Positions 29,168 through 38,761 of a DNA stretch of 64,000 bases are shown here, in pieces. A program made the position numbers and the translations under genes. Origin of the DNA: an uncultured Acidobacteriota bacterium (GTDB lineage Bacteria; Acidobacteriota; Terriglobia; UBA7540); assembly GCA_963804995.1 (NCBI GenBank), contig CAWDSK010000001.1, forward strand, positions 448,001 through 512,000, written 5' to 3'. Below the pieces are notes generated by a model. That model searched no databases. It saw only the letters and a program-made list of their open reading frames with translations, and was not told the DNA's origin. Each line of letters starts with the position of its first letter. Within the stretch, counting starts at the first letter, position 1.

Positions 29168-30268
29168 ATGATCATGGATGTACCTTCCTCACTTCCCCCT
29201 CTTTACGCACATTGGATGAACGACCTCCTGCCCGGGCCTCTGCCCGCGGAAACCAAAGCTACCTGTCAGACTTGCCCCATGCTGGGACGCGAGGAGCGTC
29301 CGGGACCGGGTGTGGTCTTCTTCCATAACAAGATCAAGTGCTGTGCTTACCTCCCGCGGCTTTACAACTTTCTGGTGGGCCGCATTCTGGCGGATGAGGA
29401 TCCCGCTGCCGCGGCGGGCCGCGCCACAGTGGAAGCGCGCCTTAAGGCCGGTGTCGCCGTGACGCCGCTCGGACTTGAGCAGACTCGCACCTTCGTGCTT
29501 CTCTATGAGAACAGCTCCGCCGCGTTCGGCCGCAACCGGGCGTTGAAGTGCCCGCATTACCTGGAGGAGACGGGCGGCTGCGGTGTCTGGCGGCACCGCG
29601 AATCCACCTGCGCCACCTGGTTCTGCAAGCATGAGCGCGGTGCGGCCAGCCAGGCTCTCTGGCGAGAGTTCGTGCACCGGCTGCTCGGTAACGTGGAGCA
29701 CGAGCTCGCCCGCTGGTGCCTGCTCAAGCTGGACGTGGAGGATGAGGTTCTGCGTTCGCTTCTCGCGCCCTCCCTGGGAAGCGGCGGGGGGCCGATTCAC
29801 GGCGAGGAACTCAACGGCAAGATTGATTCCGCTGAGTATCAAAAGAACTGGGGTAAGTGGCGGGGGCGTGAAGGTGAGTTCTACCGCGCCTGTGGCCGGT
29901 TGGTTTCCGCTCTCGAGTGGCAGGAAGTTCTGGACATTTGCGGGCCGGAGACGAAGCTTCTTGCCGCTCTAACTCGCCAGGCATACCAACGATTCATTTC
30001 CGAAGAAAAACCACCGCGCTTGCAGGCGGGTTCGCTACAACTGGTTCGCATCGGGCATGAGACCACGCGGCTCTCCACCTACAGCGAGTTCGATCCGCTC
30101 AACATTCCCAATCCCGTGCTGAAAGTGCTGCATTACTTTGATGGGCGCCCCACGGCTGATGTCGTCGCAGAAATTACCACCAAAGAAAACATCGGCCTGG
30201 AACCCGCCCTGATCCGCAAGCTGTCGGACTTTCGTATCCTTGTTCCCCCGCCGGATGACGCGAAGTGA
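29168..30268 (+). CDS. Cysteine-cluster (CxxCxxCC/YkgJ/FliB-like) protein with PqqD/RRE-like C-terminal domain
   Basis: CQTC..KCCAYLP..CPHY..CGVWRHRESTCATWFC; C-term VLHYFDGRPTADVVAEI..LIRKLSDFRILV. Confidence 0.7.
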   Translation: MIMDVPSSLPPLYAHWMNDLLPGPLPAETKATCQTCPMLGREERPGPGVVFFHNKIKCCAYLPRLYNFLVGRILADEDPAAAAGRATVEARLKAGVAVTPLGLEQTRTFVLLYENSSAAFGRNRALKCPHYLEETGGCGVWRHRESTCATWFCKHERGAASQALWREFVHRLLGNVEHELARWCLLKLDVEDEVLRSLLAPSLGSGGGPIHGEELNGKIDSAEYQKNWGKWRGREGEFYRACGRLVSALEWQEVLDICGPETKLLAALTRQAYQRFISEEKPPRLQAGSLQLVRIGHETTRLSTYSEFDPLNIPNPVLKVLHYFDGRPTADVVAEITTKENIGLEPALIRKLSDFRILVPPPDDAK

Positions 30269-30269
30269 A

Positions 30270-30450
30270 TCAGAGCATATGACGCATGTGCAGGAAGAGG
30301 GCGACGCCACCCACGATAAGCCCCACACCGATGATGACCATCAGGACCGCCTTTAGGCGCAGGCTACTCTCGATCTGTTTTTCGGTCTTGGTGGTGATCA
30401 GGTAGGTCTTCTCATTCTCGCCCTTCTTGATGAGGTTGTATTCCTCGCGC
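30270..30450 (-). pseudogene. C-terminal fragment of a membrane protein (GIDE-like tail)
   Basis: IKKGENEKTYLITTKTEKQIESSLRLKAVLM plus TM helix; no start codon or N-terminus. Confidence 0.4.
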
Positions 30451-30459
30451 CCCTGTGGC

Positions 30460-32940
30460 CTACTTCCTTCCCAGCAAGCGAATGCGTCCGGTGATGGCGC
30501 GGCCCTGGACACCCGTGAAGGTGAGGAAATTTGGCGAGTCGACGTTGGAATTCACGAAGGAAGCATTGGCGCGGTTGGTGATGTCGTCCATGCCACCACG
30601 CAGCGCCCACTGAAGTCCCAAAATGGTGAAGCGCCGTTCCAGGCTAAGGTCGAGCGAGAAATAAGGGGGGAAGCGCCGCGAGCCCGGAGCCCCCACCACC
30701 TGTTGGGAATCATTCTGTAAAGTGAAGGGAAAACCGTCGTGCCAGTCAAGTGTATAAGCCAGGTCGACTTTGTGGGTAAGTGGGAGCCACGCCCAGGAAA
30801 GGAAGCGATCAGGCGTGTCCCAGGCCAGCGGCCCGCCGGCCTGGGGGCTGAAGAGCACGGTGTCGATGTTGTAGCCGAAGACAGCATCGGAATGCGCGCG
30901 CGAGCGCGTGTAGGAGGCGAACACCACGTGATTCGGCTTAAAGACGTGCCGGAGGGTCAGTTCCGCGGCGTCGTAACGATCGTGGCGGTCGTTGGTCAGG
31001 ATGAAATCTCCCGTGAACGGCCCCGTGGGTGAAGTGGAAGCGCCGGGGTTGATAAAGGTCCAGATATCGCGTCCGCGCTTTTCCAGAAATTGCAGGTGCA
31101 AATAGGTGGACTGCGGCAGCTTCTGGTCGATCGCCACGCTCCAGTTCGTCACGTGCGGAAATCGCAGCGCGCGCTCGTTGATCGTAAAGGTGCTGACCAC
31201 CGGCGGCTGGATCAGGTTAAGACCCGTCGCGTCATAAAAGGAATCCGTGCGCGTGCCGGTAAGTGAACGCGTGAGGATGTCAAGATTACTCGGGTCGCGA
31301 TAGATACCGACTCCCCAGGAGATTTTAGTGTTGCCATTGCGCTTCACCAGGTACGTGGACGCGAGGCGCGGCGAAGGGGCCAAGCCATGGATCACATCGT
31401 CCCAATCCAGGCGCAGGCCGGGTTCCAGCAGCCAGCGGCCGGTCACCGACCAGCGGTCCTGCGCGTAGGCGCTCGCTTCCACCAGGTCGCGGGTAAAAGG
31501 CGCGGCGTTGGTGAAATCGACGCGGCGTGAAAGCGTGCCGTCGTTGCGCTCCACCAGGTAAGGTCGCCGGTTGAATTCCTGGTGGTCATTGACCCGGTCG
31601 GTATCAAGGCCCACCTTGACCTCGTGCTTGCCAGCCCATTTGAAGGGGGGCAGAAACAGGTTGCCGATCTCCTCGATACGCTCGGCGTAGCCGTGGTTAG
31701 CCTCGTAGTAGTTGCCGCTGGTTCCGTTCGGAGTGATGAGGTAGGTCTGAGGACCCAAGGGGGAGGAATCGTTGTTGAAGCGGCTGGCCGCAAAACCCAG
31801 TTCCCCGAGCGCCCCGTTGTGAAAAAGGTGCTGGTCCCTGACTGTAAACATGAAACTGTCCGTGGTCACGTTCTGGGTGGTGGAGACGGGGTCGAGCGGG
31901 TCCAAGCCGGTATGGGGGGAGCGAAAGAAGTTCGCGAGAAAACTGGTCGTCAAGTTGTTGCGCGGCTCGAGGTTAATCTGCACTTTGGAAAGGTTGCTGA
32001 AACGCCAGATGCTGTTGCGGTCACCGCCCGCGGGCAGTTCTTTGAATATGTGCAAATCGGATTCACCCTCCAGCGCGTCCATGAACCATGCCTTGCCCTT
32101 GCTCAGTGGACCGGTAATGAGCCCCCGGGGGGTCCAGGAATCCAGGTTGATGCCTTTGCGGTTTTGTAAATTCGGGATGAAATCCGTGGCCGTCACGCGC
32201 CAGTGGTCGTCGCCCATACCAGTGCGCAGACTGATGATTCCGCCCGACCCTTTGCCGAATTCCGTCGAATAGCGGCTGCTCGCTACCTCCACGGAGCGCA
32301 GAGCATCCACGCTGACGCGCATCAAGAACTGGCCGGTGGTGGGGTCGGAAACATTGAAGCCGTCGATCTGATCGTAGACTTGGCGCGTGCTTGCGCCGGC
32401 CACGTGGAGTTGCCCGAAGCCGTCTTGCAACACGCCGGGCAGGAGCGGCAGCGCATAGCGAATGTCGCGCGCTACGGTGAAAGGCAGGTCGACAATCTCT
32501 TGGCTCGACAGCGTCTCACTCGCCTGAGTCTTCTCCGGGTCGATGGCGGGCGGTGAGTAAACCACGTTCACTTGCTCAGAGAACTCCCTGACGTGGTTCA
32601 ACGTAACTTCCAGGTTAGCCACTTCGCCCACCTGCACTTCTTCCAAGCTGACCGCGAAGAAACCTTGCTTCTCAACCTTGGCCGAGTACTCACCCGGCAG
32701 CAGATTGGCGAACAGCGCGCGGCCCGCGTAATCTGTTTCGCCGCGCACCACCTCCAGTCCTTGCTTGGGCGTGAGGGTGATGGCCGCCGCGCGCACCACG
32801 GTGCTGTTCTCGTCCAGAACCGTTACCTGTAACTGCACACGATCCTGTGCACTTTGGGGCGGTTCGACTGGTGGCGAAGTTCCCAGCGCGGCCGCCACGG
32901 ACAACACCCAGGCCAACAGCACCATAACCTTCGGTTTCAC
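30460..32940 (-). CDS. TonB-dependent receptor with N-terminal carboxypeptidase-regulatory-like domain
   Basis: Signal peptide, GETDYAGRALFANLLPGEY, LPGV..IDGFNVSDP..YSTEFG plug, beta-barrel; start uncertain (32925 or 32940). Confidence 0.88.
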   Translation of the reverse strand: MKPKVMVLLAWVLSVAAALGTSPPVEPPQSAQDRVQLQVTVLDENSTVVRAAAITLTPKQGLEVVRGETDYAGRALFANLLPGEYSAKVEKQGFFAVSLEEVQVGEVANLEVTLNHVREFSEQVNVVYSPPAIDPEKTQASETLSSQEIVDLPFTVARDIRYALPLLPGVLQDGFGQLHVAGASTRQVYDQIDGFNVSDPTTGQFLMRVSVDALRSVEVASSRYSTEFGKGSGGIISLRTGMGDDHWRVTATDFIPNLQNRKGINLDSWTPRGLITGPLSKGKAWFMDALEGESDLHIFKELPAGGDRNSIWRFSNLSKVQINLEPRNNLTTSFLANFFRSPHTGLDPLDPVSTTQNVTTDSFMFTVRDQHLFHNGALGELGFAASRFNNDSSPLGPQTYLITPNGTSGNYYEANHGYAERIEEIGNLFLPPFKWAGKHEVKVGLDTDRVNDHQEFNRRPYLVERNDGTLSRRVDFTNAAPFTRDLVEASAYAQDRWSVTGRWLLEPGLRLDWDDVIHGLAPSPRLASTYLVKRNGNTKISWGVGIYRDPSNLDILTRSLTGTRTDSFYDATGLNLIQPPVVSTFTINERALRFPHVTNWSVAIDQKLPQSTYLHLQFLEKRGRDIWTFINPGASTSPTGPFTGDFILTNDRHDRYDAAELTLRHVFKPNHVVFASYTRSRAHSDAVFGYNIDTVLFSPQAGGPLAWDTPDRFLSWAWLPLTHKVDLAYTLDWHDGFPFTLQNDSQQVVGAPGSRRFPPYFSLDLSLERRFTILGLQWALRGGMDDITNRANASFVNSNVDSPNFLTFTGVQGRAITGRIRLLGRK

Positions 32941-33318
32941 GACCGGGCAGGCGCACAGCGCGGCTTCGGCCTGAGAATCGAGCCTCGGAAGCTCTCTTGA
33001 ACCAGGAATCGCCTGCCCCATGGTTGGCATTTGTCCCCAAGGAGTCGTTATCGAGCCCGGATGGCTTTTTCCGCCCCATTCACCATGTCGGCTAGTCCAC
33101 AGTCGAGGGATCGAGCGCTTGGCGGGGACTCCGTCGCCGCAAGAAGAAGCAAGTGGTCTCAAGACCCGCAGACCAGCCTTCGCTAGCCGACGCTTGGTTT
33201 TCGACGAGATTAGCAGTTCCCCCGCCCCCTGCCTAGCGAAAAAGTCGGTGGGAAGATAAGCGCCATGTGACTGAGACGCCACGTCTGCGGTGGGTTTGCG
33301 TCATGGTCCCGGGCCAGC

Positions 33319-33348
33319 TTGACAGCAGTGAGCCGGCGTTCCTATAAT
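33319..33348 (+). promoter_or_regulatory. Consensus sigma70 promoter of the tRNA pair
   Basis: TTGACA-18 bp-TATAAT. Confidence 0.8.
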
Positions 33349-33388
33349 CGCTTGTGTCGTGTGCCGGGGATGATTCCGGCGGGGGAGA

Positions 33389-33463
33389 GCGGGAATAACT
33401 CAGTGGTAGAGTGCGACCTTGCCAAGGTCGAAGTCGCGGGTTCGAATCCCGTTTCCCGCTCCA
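33389..33463 (+). tRNA. tRNA-Gly (GCC)
   Basis: Cloverleaf GCGGGAA..TTCCCGC, anticodon GCC, GTTCGAATC, encoded CCA. Confidence 0.97.
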
Positions 33464-33549
33464 AAGATTCGAGTGACCATTGACGAGTAACAAGCGAAGT
33501 GGAACGCGATCGCTTGTCACTCGCTAGCGGTCACTCGTCACTGCTCCTG

Positions 33550-33624
33550 GGCGCGGTACCCAAGTGGTAAGGGAGAGGTCTGCAAAACCTTTATGCGTGG
33601 GTTCGATTCCCACCCGCGCCTCCA
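33550..33624 (+). tRNA. tRNA-Cys (GCA)
   Basis: GGCGCGG..CCGCGCC-U-CCA, anticodon GCA. Confidence 0.97.
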
Positions 33625-33640
33625 ACCCTGCAAAGGTCCC

Positions 33641-34439
33641 TTACTTTGCAAAGCGAAGCAACCCGAACGAGGCTGGTGTGTGGAACGTGTGCTTCTGGCT
33701 ATGAACGGGGCTCCAGGAAAGAAAGCGCCGCTCGGAATCGGCGCCGGGGCCGTCGGCTCGATAAAAATTGATCCGCCATGTGCTGCCTGCCGCAAGGGGA
33801 CTGGCCACTCCTAAAGCGGAAACCGGAATCCGCATCTCACAGGTCCAGGAATGCTTCTGCGCGTCAATGCGGGTGATGTGTTCGAAGTGTGAATCCCAGC
33901 CGGCGTCGTTGAAGGGATTTTTATCCAGATCGATCTCCAAATCAATCCAAAGATTGTTCGGCGCCACCTCAAACTCGAAGTAGTGGTTCAAGCGTTCGGG
34001 CTGTGGATTCAAGAAAACCTCCACCACATCGCGGTCCCAGAGTGTCCAGAAATCTTTGGTGGCGTCTTTCCCTTCGAACAGATTCAAAGTTGTGTAGCGG
34101 CATCGGAAGGCGAAGTAGACATGGGTCTGCGTCCAAAGAGAAGCGACCTCAGTTTCAGACTGGGGGTAGACGGCCGGGCTGAAAGCGTCGTGATCGAACT
34201 TCACCCATGAGGCTCGAACGCCACGCATTCTTTTCAAGGTTCCCATCGGGGACAAAGTCCGCTGGAATGAACTTCGAGACTGTCTGAAGATCCGTGTCGT
34301 AGGGGCCAGGATGAGACCCGGAAATCCCCGTCGCCTGCGCCCACAGGCTGCCTGCACATAGAATGATGAGGACAGCAGCACCAGGGAAGGACATCCACCA
34401 CCTCCTGTTTGGGCCGGACTTAATCCGGGTGCGATGCAC
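33641..34439 (-). CDS. Secreted carbohydrate-binding family 9-like (DOMON-like) protein; one frameshift near 34220
   Basis: Signal peptide and PDGNLEKNAW in one frame; LW..DVVEVFL..YFEFEVAP..WTCEMRIP..WRINFYR in the next. Confidence 0.75.
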
Positions 34440-34475
34440 TCTATCACGCCCTGGGGTGCTGTCCTAAATTTCAAG

Positions 34476-34840
34476 TGTAGCGCCGACTTCCAGCCGGCAT
34501 TGAGCCCCGATGCATCGGGGCGCTACGGCCGACGTGCCACGGCCATCCGAAGGTGTGAAAAAATGCACTTTTCACCGCAGATTCCCATGAGCCTTCGGCT
34601 CGCCACTGCACATGAAAATGTGCGAAGCACCTTGGAGTGCGGCGGCTCGAACGCCGCCTTCGTCATCGTCCTCGGCGTAAATTCAAGGCGGCGTCGAGCC
34701 GCCGCACTCCAAGGTGCCTTTGGCACATGCATTTTCATAGCTGAGTCGCTGAGACGCAGAGAAATGACCCTTTGTTTTCAAACCTCTGCGCCTCCGCGTC
34801 TCCGCGGTGAAAGGTTTGATGGGATTTTTTCACAGCTTCG
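34476..34840. repeat. Mosaic of REP palindromes inside GAAGGTGTGAAAAAAT..ATTTTTTCACAGCTTC termini
   Basis: Long IR 34611-34738 (TTGGAGTGCGGCGGCTCGA..TCGAGCCGCCGCACTCCAA); same termini at 60118-60246. Confidence 0.7.
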
Positions 34841-34980
34841 GCTGCCCGTGGCACCTCAAAATGAGTCACGACCGTCCAGGAAATGAACTGTCCAGGAAAT
34901 GAACTTGTGCTGGCGAGTGTTTTGTGGCACATTATCGGATGCCAGTCGAAAGAAAAGATATGTAAAAGTAAGTTAATGTA

Positions 34981-35793
34981 ATGATTCGGAGGCAGAGGCG
35001 GCAACATTTCAAAAGGCCTCGACTACTCACCGTGCTCAATGAAGAAAGGCGCCGTGCGATTCTGGATTTGCTCTCCCAGGAAGGCCGGGTCCTGGTAAGG
35101 GACCTTTCGCCGCGTTTCGAAACCTCCCAAGTCACCATCCGCAAAGACTTGGAGATACTGCACACGCGGGGACTTGTGCACCGAACCCACGGGGGGGCTC
35201 TGCCCGTCTCCTCCGGCGCGCTGCTTGATCCGAGCCTGCGGGAGAAGGAGAAACATCACCGCAAAGAGAAACAACGGATCAGCGAGGCCGCCGCGCGCCT
35301 GGTGAAGGAAGGTGAATCGGTCATCCTCGATTCCGGAACGACTACCACGGCCATTGCGCGAGCCCTGCGCGGGTTCCGAAACCTTACGGTCATCACCAAC
35401 GCGGTGAACATCGCGGCGGAGCTCGCGGGGACGGCTGTCGAGGTGATACTGACCGGTGGAATTCTGCGGGAAAACTCATTTTCACTGGTGGGCCCCCTGG
35501 CGGAAGAAACTTTGCACCGCTTGGCCGCCGACATTTTCTTTTTGGGGACGGACGGTTTTAACGTCAGCTTCGGCTTGACCACTCCCAACCTGCTGGAGTC
35601 CAAAGTGAACCGGGTGATGGTGGAGATTGCCCAGCGCGTGGTAGCGGTCTGCGACTCCAGCAAGTTTGGCCGCCGCAGCCTAAGCTTGATAACGCCAGTC
35701 TCTTCTGTGCACCAGGTCATCACCGATAACCGCATTGCCAAGGGCGATCTCAAAGCGCTCGAAGACGCGGGAATCGAAGTCACGCTTGTCTAG
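34981..35793 (+). CDS. DeoR/AgaR family transcriptional regulator
   Basis: TIRKDL..RTHGGA HTH; LDSGTTT, ITNA, DSSKFGR. Confidence 0.92.
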   Translation: MIRRQRRQHFKRPRLLTVLNEERRRAILDLLSQEGRVLVRDLSPRFETSQVTIRKDLEILHTRGLVHRTHGGALPVSSGALLDPSLREKEKHHRKEKQRISEAAARLVKEGESVILDSGTTTTAIARALRGFRNLTVITNAVNIAAELAGTAVEVILTGGILRENSFSLVGPLAEETLHRLAADIFFLGTDGFNVSFGLTTPNLLESKVNRVMVEIAQRVVAVCDSSKFGRRSLSLITPVSSVHQVITDNRIAKGDLKALEDAGIEVTLV

Positions 35794-36017
35794 TGTCTTA
35801 AGTCAGGAGTTCGCTGACAAAGTCTCACTGGGTTCAAAGGGGACCCCCTCACCCGTCCCGCCCCGGCTGATGAAAACGCCGGCGGCGGTCCACCCTCTCC
35901 CCCAAGGGGGCGAGGGCAGTAAATTCAAATGAACTCCCCCCTCGCCCCCTTGGGGGAGAGGGGCCGGGGGTGAGGGGGTTTTCCAATAATCAGCGAACTT
36001 CTGGCGCAGGACACTAG
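35790..36017. mobile_element. MITE-like element with CTAG ends enclosing a CCCTCACCC repeat
   Basis: CTAGTGTC..CAGGAGTTCGCTGA / TCAGCGAACTTCTG..GACACTAG; inner repeat 35843-35979. Confidence 0.7.
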
Positions 36018-36116
36018 CAGACTGATGAAAAACAACGTCGTACCGTGAGGGTTTTTCAACAGCCTGCCAGATCGCGGCGTGGGATTGCGAAAGACTGTCA
36101 ATCGAAGGAGACCCAG

Positions 36117-37196
36117 GTGAAGTTACCATTAGCCGGAGCCCACACGCGGAGTGAGATCCTGTCGCAACCTCGCTGCTGGGCGGAATGTTTTGCGGCGCTC
36201 GATTCTCAAGAACAATTACAGCAGGTCGGCAAGCACTGGACACCGCCAGTTGAATGGATCTTCATCGGCTGCGGGTCCAGCTACTACGTGGCGCTGGGGG
36301 CGGCGTCCACCTGGACAGCCTTAACCGGCCAGCCGGCACGGGCCATCCCTGCGTCGGAGTTGCTGCTTTTCCCGCAACTCGTGCTGGGGGACACCCGGCC
36401 GTGCCAGCCCGTCCTGATTTCACGCTCCGGGCACACGTCGGAGGTCTTGAAGGCTGCGGAATTATTGGAAGTGCAGCACAACATCCGGACGCTGGCCATT
36501 AGTTGTACAACCCACCAACCGCTGGAAGAGATTTCAACCCAAACTCTCTACCTTTTGCCGGCCGACGAACAGAGCACCGTAATGACCCGCTCGTTTACGT
36601 CGATGCTGCTGGGGCTCCAGGCTCTGGCCGCTGAGCGAGCGAAGCAGGATGAATTCGCGGCGGGTCTGCGGCGCCTGCCCGCGCAGATGGAACCTCGGAT
36701 GGAAGAGTTAGCGCAGCGCGTCGAGCAATTTGTGGAAGACCACACTTTTGCAGACTACGTCTATCTGGGCCAGGGACCGTTTTACGCTGTCGCCAACGAG
36801 GGCATGCTGAAAGTGAAGGAGATGTCGTGCTCGTACGGCCAGTGCTTCCACACCCTGGAATTTCGCCATGGCCCCAAGGCCATTGTGGGACCGGAGACGC
36901 TGGTCACCTTCCTTCTTTCTGAGACGGGCTCGGAGGCGGAGCGCGAGGTGCTGGAGGAAATCAAGGGCCTGGGCGCAACCACCCTGGTGGTGACAAACCG
37001 CGCTGACCGCGCGGTACGGAGCGCCGCGGATTTCCTGGTTGAACTCCAGCTTGAGGTCCCGGAGTTCGCGCGCCTGGCGGCGTACATCATCACCGGTCAG
37101 TTGCTGGGATTGTACACGGGTCTTAAGAAGGGCTTCGACCCTGACCGGCCGCGCAATCTCTCCCGCGCCGTCATTTTGAACAGTCAGGGCCAGTAA
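36117..37196 (+). CDS. SIS-domain phosphosugar isomerase/deaminase (AgaS/GlmS-C-like)
   Basis: GAAGGAG RBS, GTG; EILSQP, GCGSSY, SRSGHT, EFRHGP, PDRPRNLSRAV. Confidence 0.9.
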   Translation: MKLPLAGAHTRSEILSQPRCWAECFAALDSQEQLQQVGKHWTPPVEWIFIGCGSSYYVALGAASTWTALTGQPARAIPASELLLFPQLVLGDTRPCQPVLISRSGHTSEVLKAAELLEVQHNIRTLAISCTTHQPLEEISTQTLYLLPADEQSTVMTRSFTSMLLGLQALAAERAKQDEFAAGLRRLPAQMEPRMEELAQRVEQFVEDHTFADYVYLGQGPFYAVANEGMLKVKEMSCSYGQCFHTLEFRHGPKAIVGPETLVTFLLSETGSEAEREVLEEIKGLGATTLVVTNRADRAVRSAADFLVELQLEVPEFARLAAYIITGQLLGLYTGLKKGFDPDRPRNLSRAVILNSQGQ

Positions 37197-37233
37197 GGCG
37201 CGAGGGAAGGTTAAGCTCGCACCGGGCGGGCCG

Positions 37234-37444
37234 CTAGTGTGGTGTCCGGTGTTAGAGTTGACAATGGGTAGAACCCCCTCACCCGTCTGGCATCGGCTGA
37301 TGAGAACGCCTCGGCCAGCCACCCTCTCCCCCAAAGGGGCGAGGGCAAGAAAATTAACTCTCCCCTCGCCCCTTTGGGGGAGAGGGGCTGGGGGGTGAGG
37401 GGGTCGGACAGCGTTGTCGAATATTAACCGGGACACCACACCAG
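37234..37444. mobile_element. MITE-like element enclosing a CCCTCACCC repeat
   Basis: CTAGTGTGGTGTCCGG.. / ..CCGGGACACCACACCAG outer IR; inner repeat 37272-37405. Confidence 0.65.
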
Positions 37445-37491
37445 ATTCCGGGCAATGCCAGTTTCCAAAGGAACGCGCTCAAGGCAAACCC

Positions 37492-38346
37492 ATGATCGAT
37501 TTCCATACACATCCCTTGTTGATTCAGGAGTTCGTTGGGAAGTATCCGAACTACGCTCGCGTGGCACGGGAAGTCTTCCGGATCGGGAATAATTTCCAGC
37601 CGCTGGAGACCTTCTTCCTGCAAATGGATGTGGCCGGCATCGAGCGGGCCGTGCTGCTGCCCATCGCCTGCGAACGGGCGCATCAGGATGCGGTGAGTTC
37701 AAACGAGCAGGTGGCGGAACTCTGCAGGATCAGCCCGCGGTTCATCGGCTTCGCCAGTGTCGACCCACTCGAAGATCGCGCGGCGCAAGCTCTGGAGGAC
37801 GCGGTCAAGAATCTTGGCCTGCGCGGGCTCAAGCTGGACCCGAGTCTCCAGGATTTCGATCCCCGCGACCCCCGCGTTTTCGAAGTTTACGAGGCCGCTG
37901 GCGCGCTCGGCCTCCCCGTAGTTCTCCACACCGGCATGAGTTGGGCGCCCGAAACGCCGCTCGAACGCGGCCATCCTCTCCAGCACGAACCCGCGATCCG
38001 GCGCTTTCCCGGGCTCCGCTTTGTGCTGGCGCATTGGGGTTGGCCCTGGGTTTGGGAAGCGACGGCGCTGGCCCTGAAGTATCCCAACGTTTTCCTGGAT
38101 ACTTCCTGCTTGTACTACGACAGCCCCAACGAATTCTTCCAGTTCGTGTTCAGCCGGCAGATTCCCACCACGCTCCTCGAACGCAGCCTGCGGAACCAAG
38201 TCGTGTTTGGCTCGAATTATCCGCGCGTGGAGATCAAGAATATGGTTCACGCCCTGAAGAGCCTGGCGCTGACGGAAGAGTGCTTGCGGAAAATTCTGCG
38301 CGACAATGCCCTGGGATTGCTAGGTGCGAATGACCATCAAACTTGA
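37492..38346 (+). CDS. Amidohydrolase family protein (Amidohydro_2)
   Basis: IDFHTH, GLKL, LHTG, LAHWG, FGSNYP. Confidence 0.88.
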   Translation: MIDFHTHPLLIQEFVGKYPNYARVAREVFRIGNNFQPLETFFLQMDVAGIERAVLLPIACERAHQDAVSSNEQVAELCRISPRFIGFASVDPLEDRAAQALEDAVKNLGLRGLKLDPSLQDFDPRDPRVFEVYEAAGALGLPVVLHTGMSWAPETPLERGHPLQHEPAIRRFPGLRFVLAHWGWPWVWEATALALKYPNVFLDTSCLYYDSPNEFFQFVFSRQIPTTLLERSLRNQVVFGSNYPRVEIKNMVHALKSLALTEECLRKILRDNALGLLGANDHQT

Positions 38347-38761
38347 ACGCGTGAAAGTCCAAACCCGGAAGAGCGAAGAGGCCATCGACATTACCGCCAA
38401 GGTCGACGAGGTTGTCGAAGCAAGTGGTGTCAAGAATGGCGTCGTCAATGTCATGACCCTGCACACGTCCTCGGGTCTGCTCGTTACCGAGGGAATCCCT
38501 TGCCTCGAGGAAGATATCCTCACGCATTTCTCCCGGCTGTTTCCCGAAGATCAGGACTACCATCACCGGCGTTATCTCAACTACGACGGCCGCCTCGGCT
38601 TCAATGCCGACGCGCATCTAAAGAGTGTCGTGGGCGGAATCCACTGTTTCTTTGCCATCGAGAATGGCAAAGTGGTGCGCGGTTCCCGTCAGACGATTTA
38701 CTTTATGGAGTACGACGGTCCTCTCGAACGAACCTACGTGATCCAAATCCTTGGTGAGTAA
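38330..38761 (+). CDS. YjbQ/UPF0047 family protein
   Basis: IDIT, HTSSGL..E, NADAHLKS, GSRQTIYFMEYDG. Confidence 0.88.
   Translation: MTIKLERVKVQTRKSEEAIDITAKVDEVVEASGVKNGVVNVMTLHTSSGLLVTEGIPCLEEDILTHFSRLFPEDQDYHHRRYLNYDGRLGFNADAHLKSVVGGIHCFFAIENGKVVRGSRQTIYFMEYDGPLERTYVIQILGE

Noticed and set aside
32941..33282. N-terminal extension of the TonB receptor in the ORF track
   Set aside because: Signal peptide begins near 32925-32940; upstream translation looks non-coding
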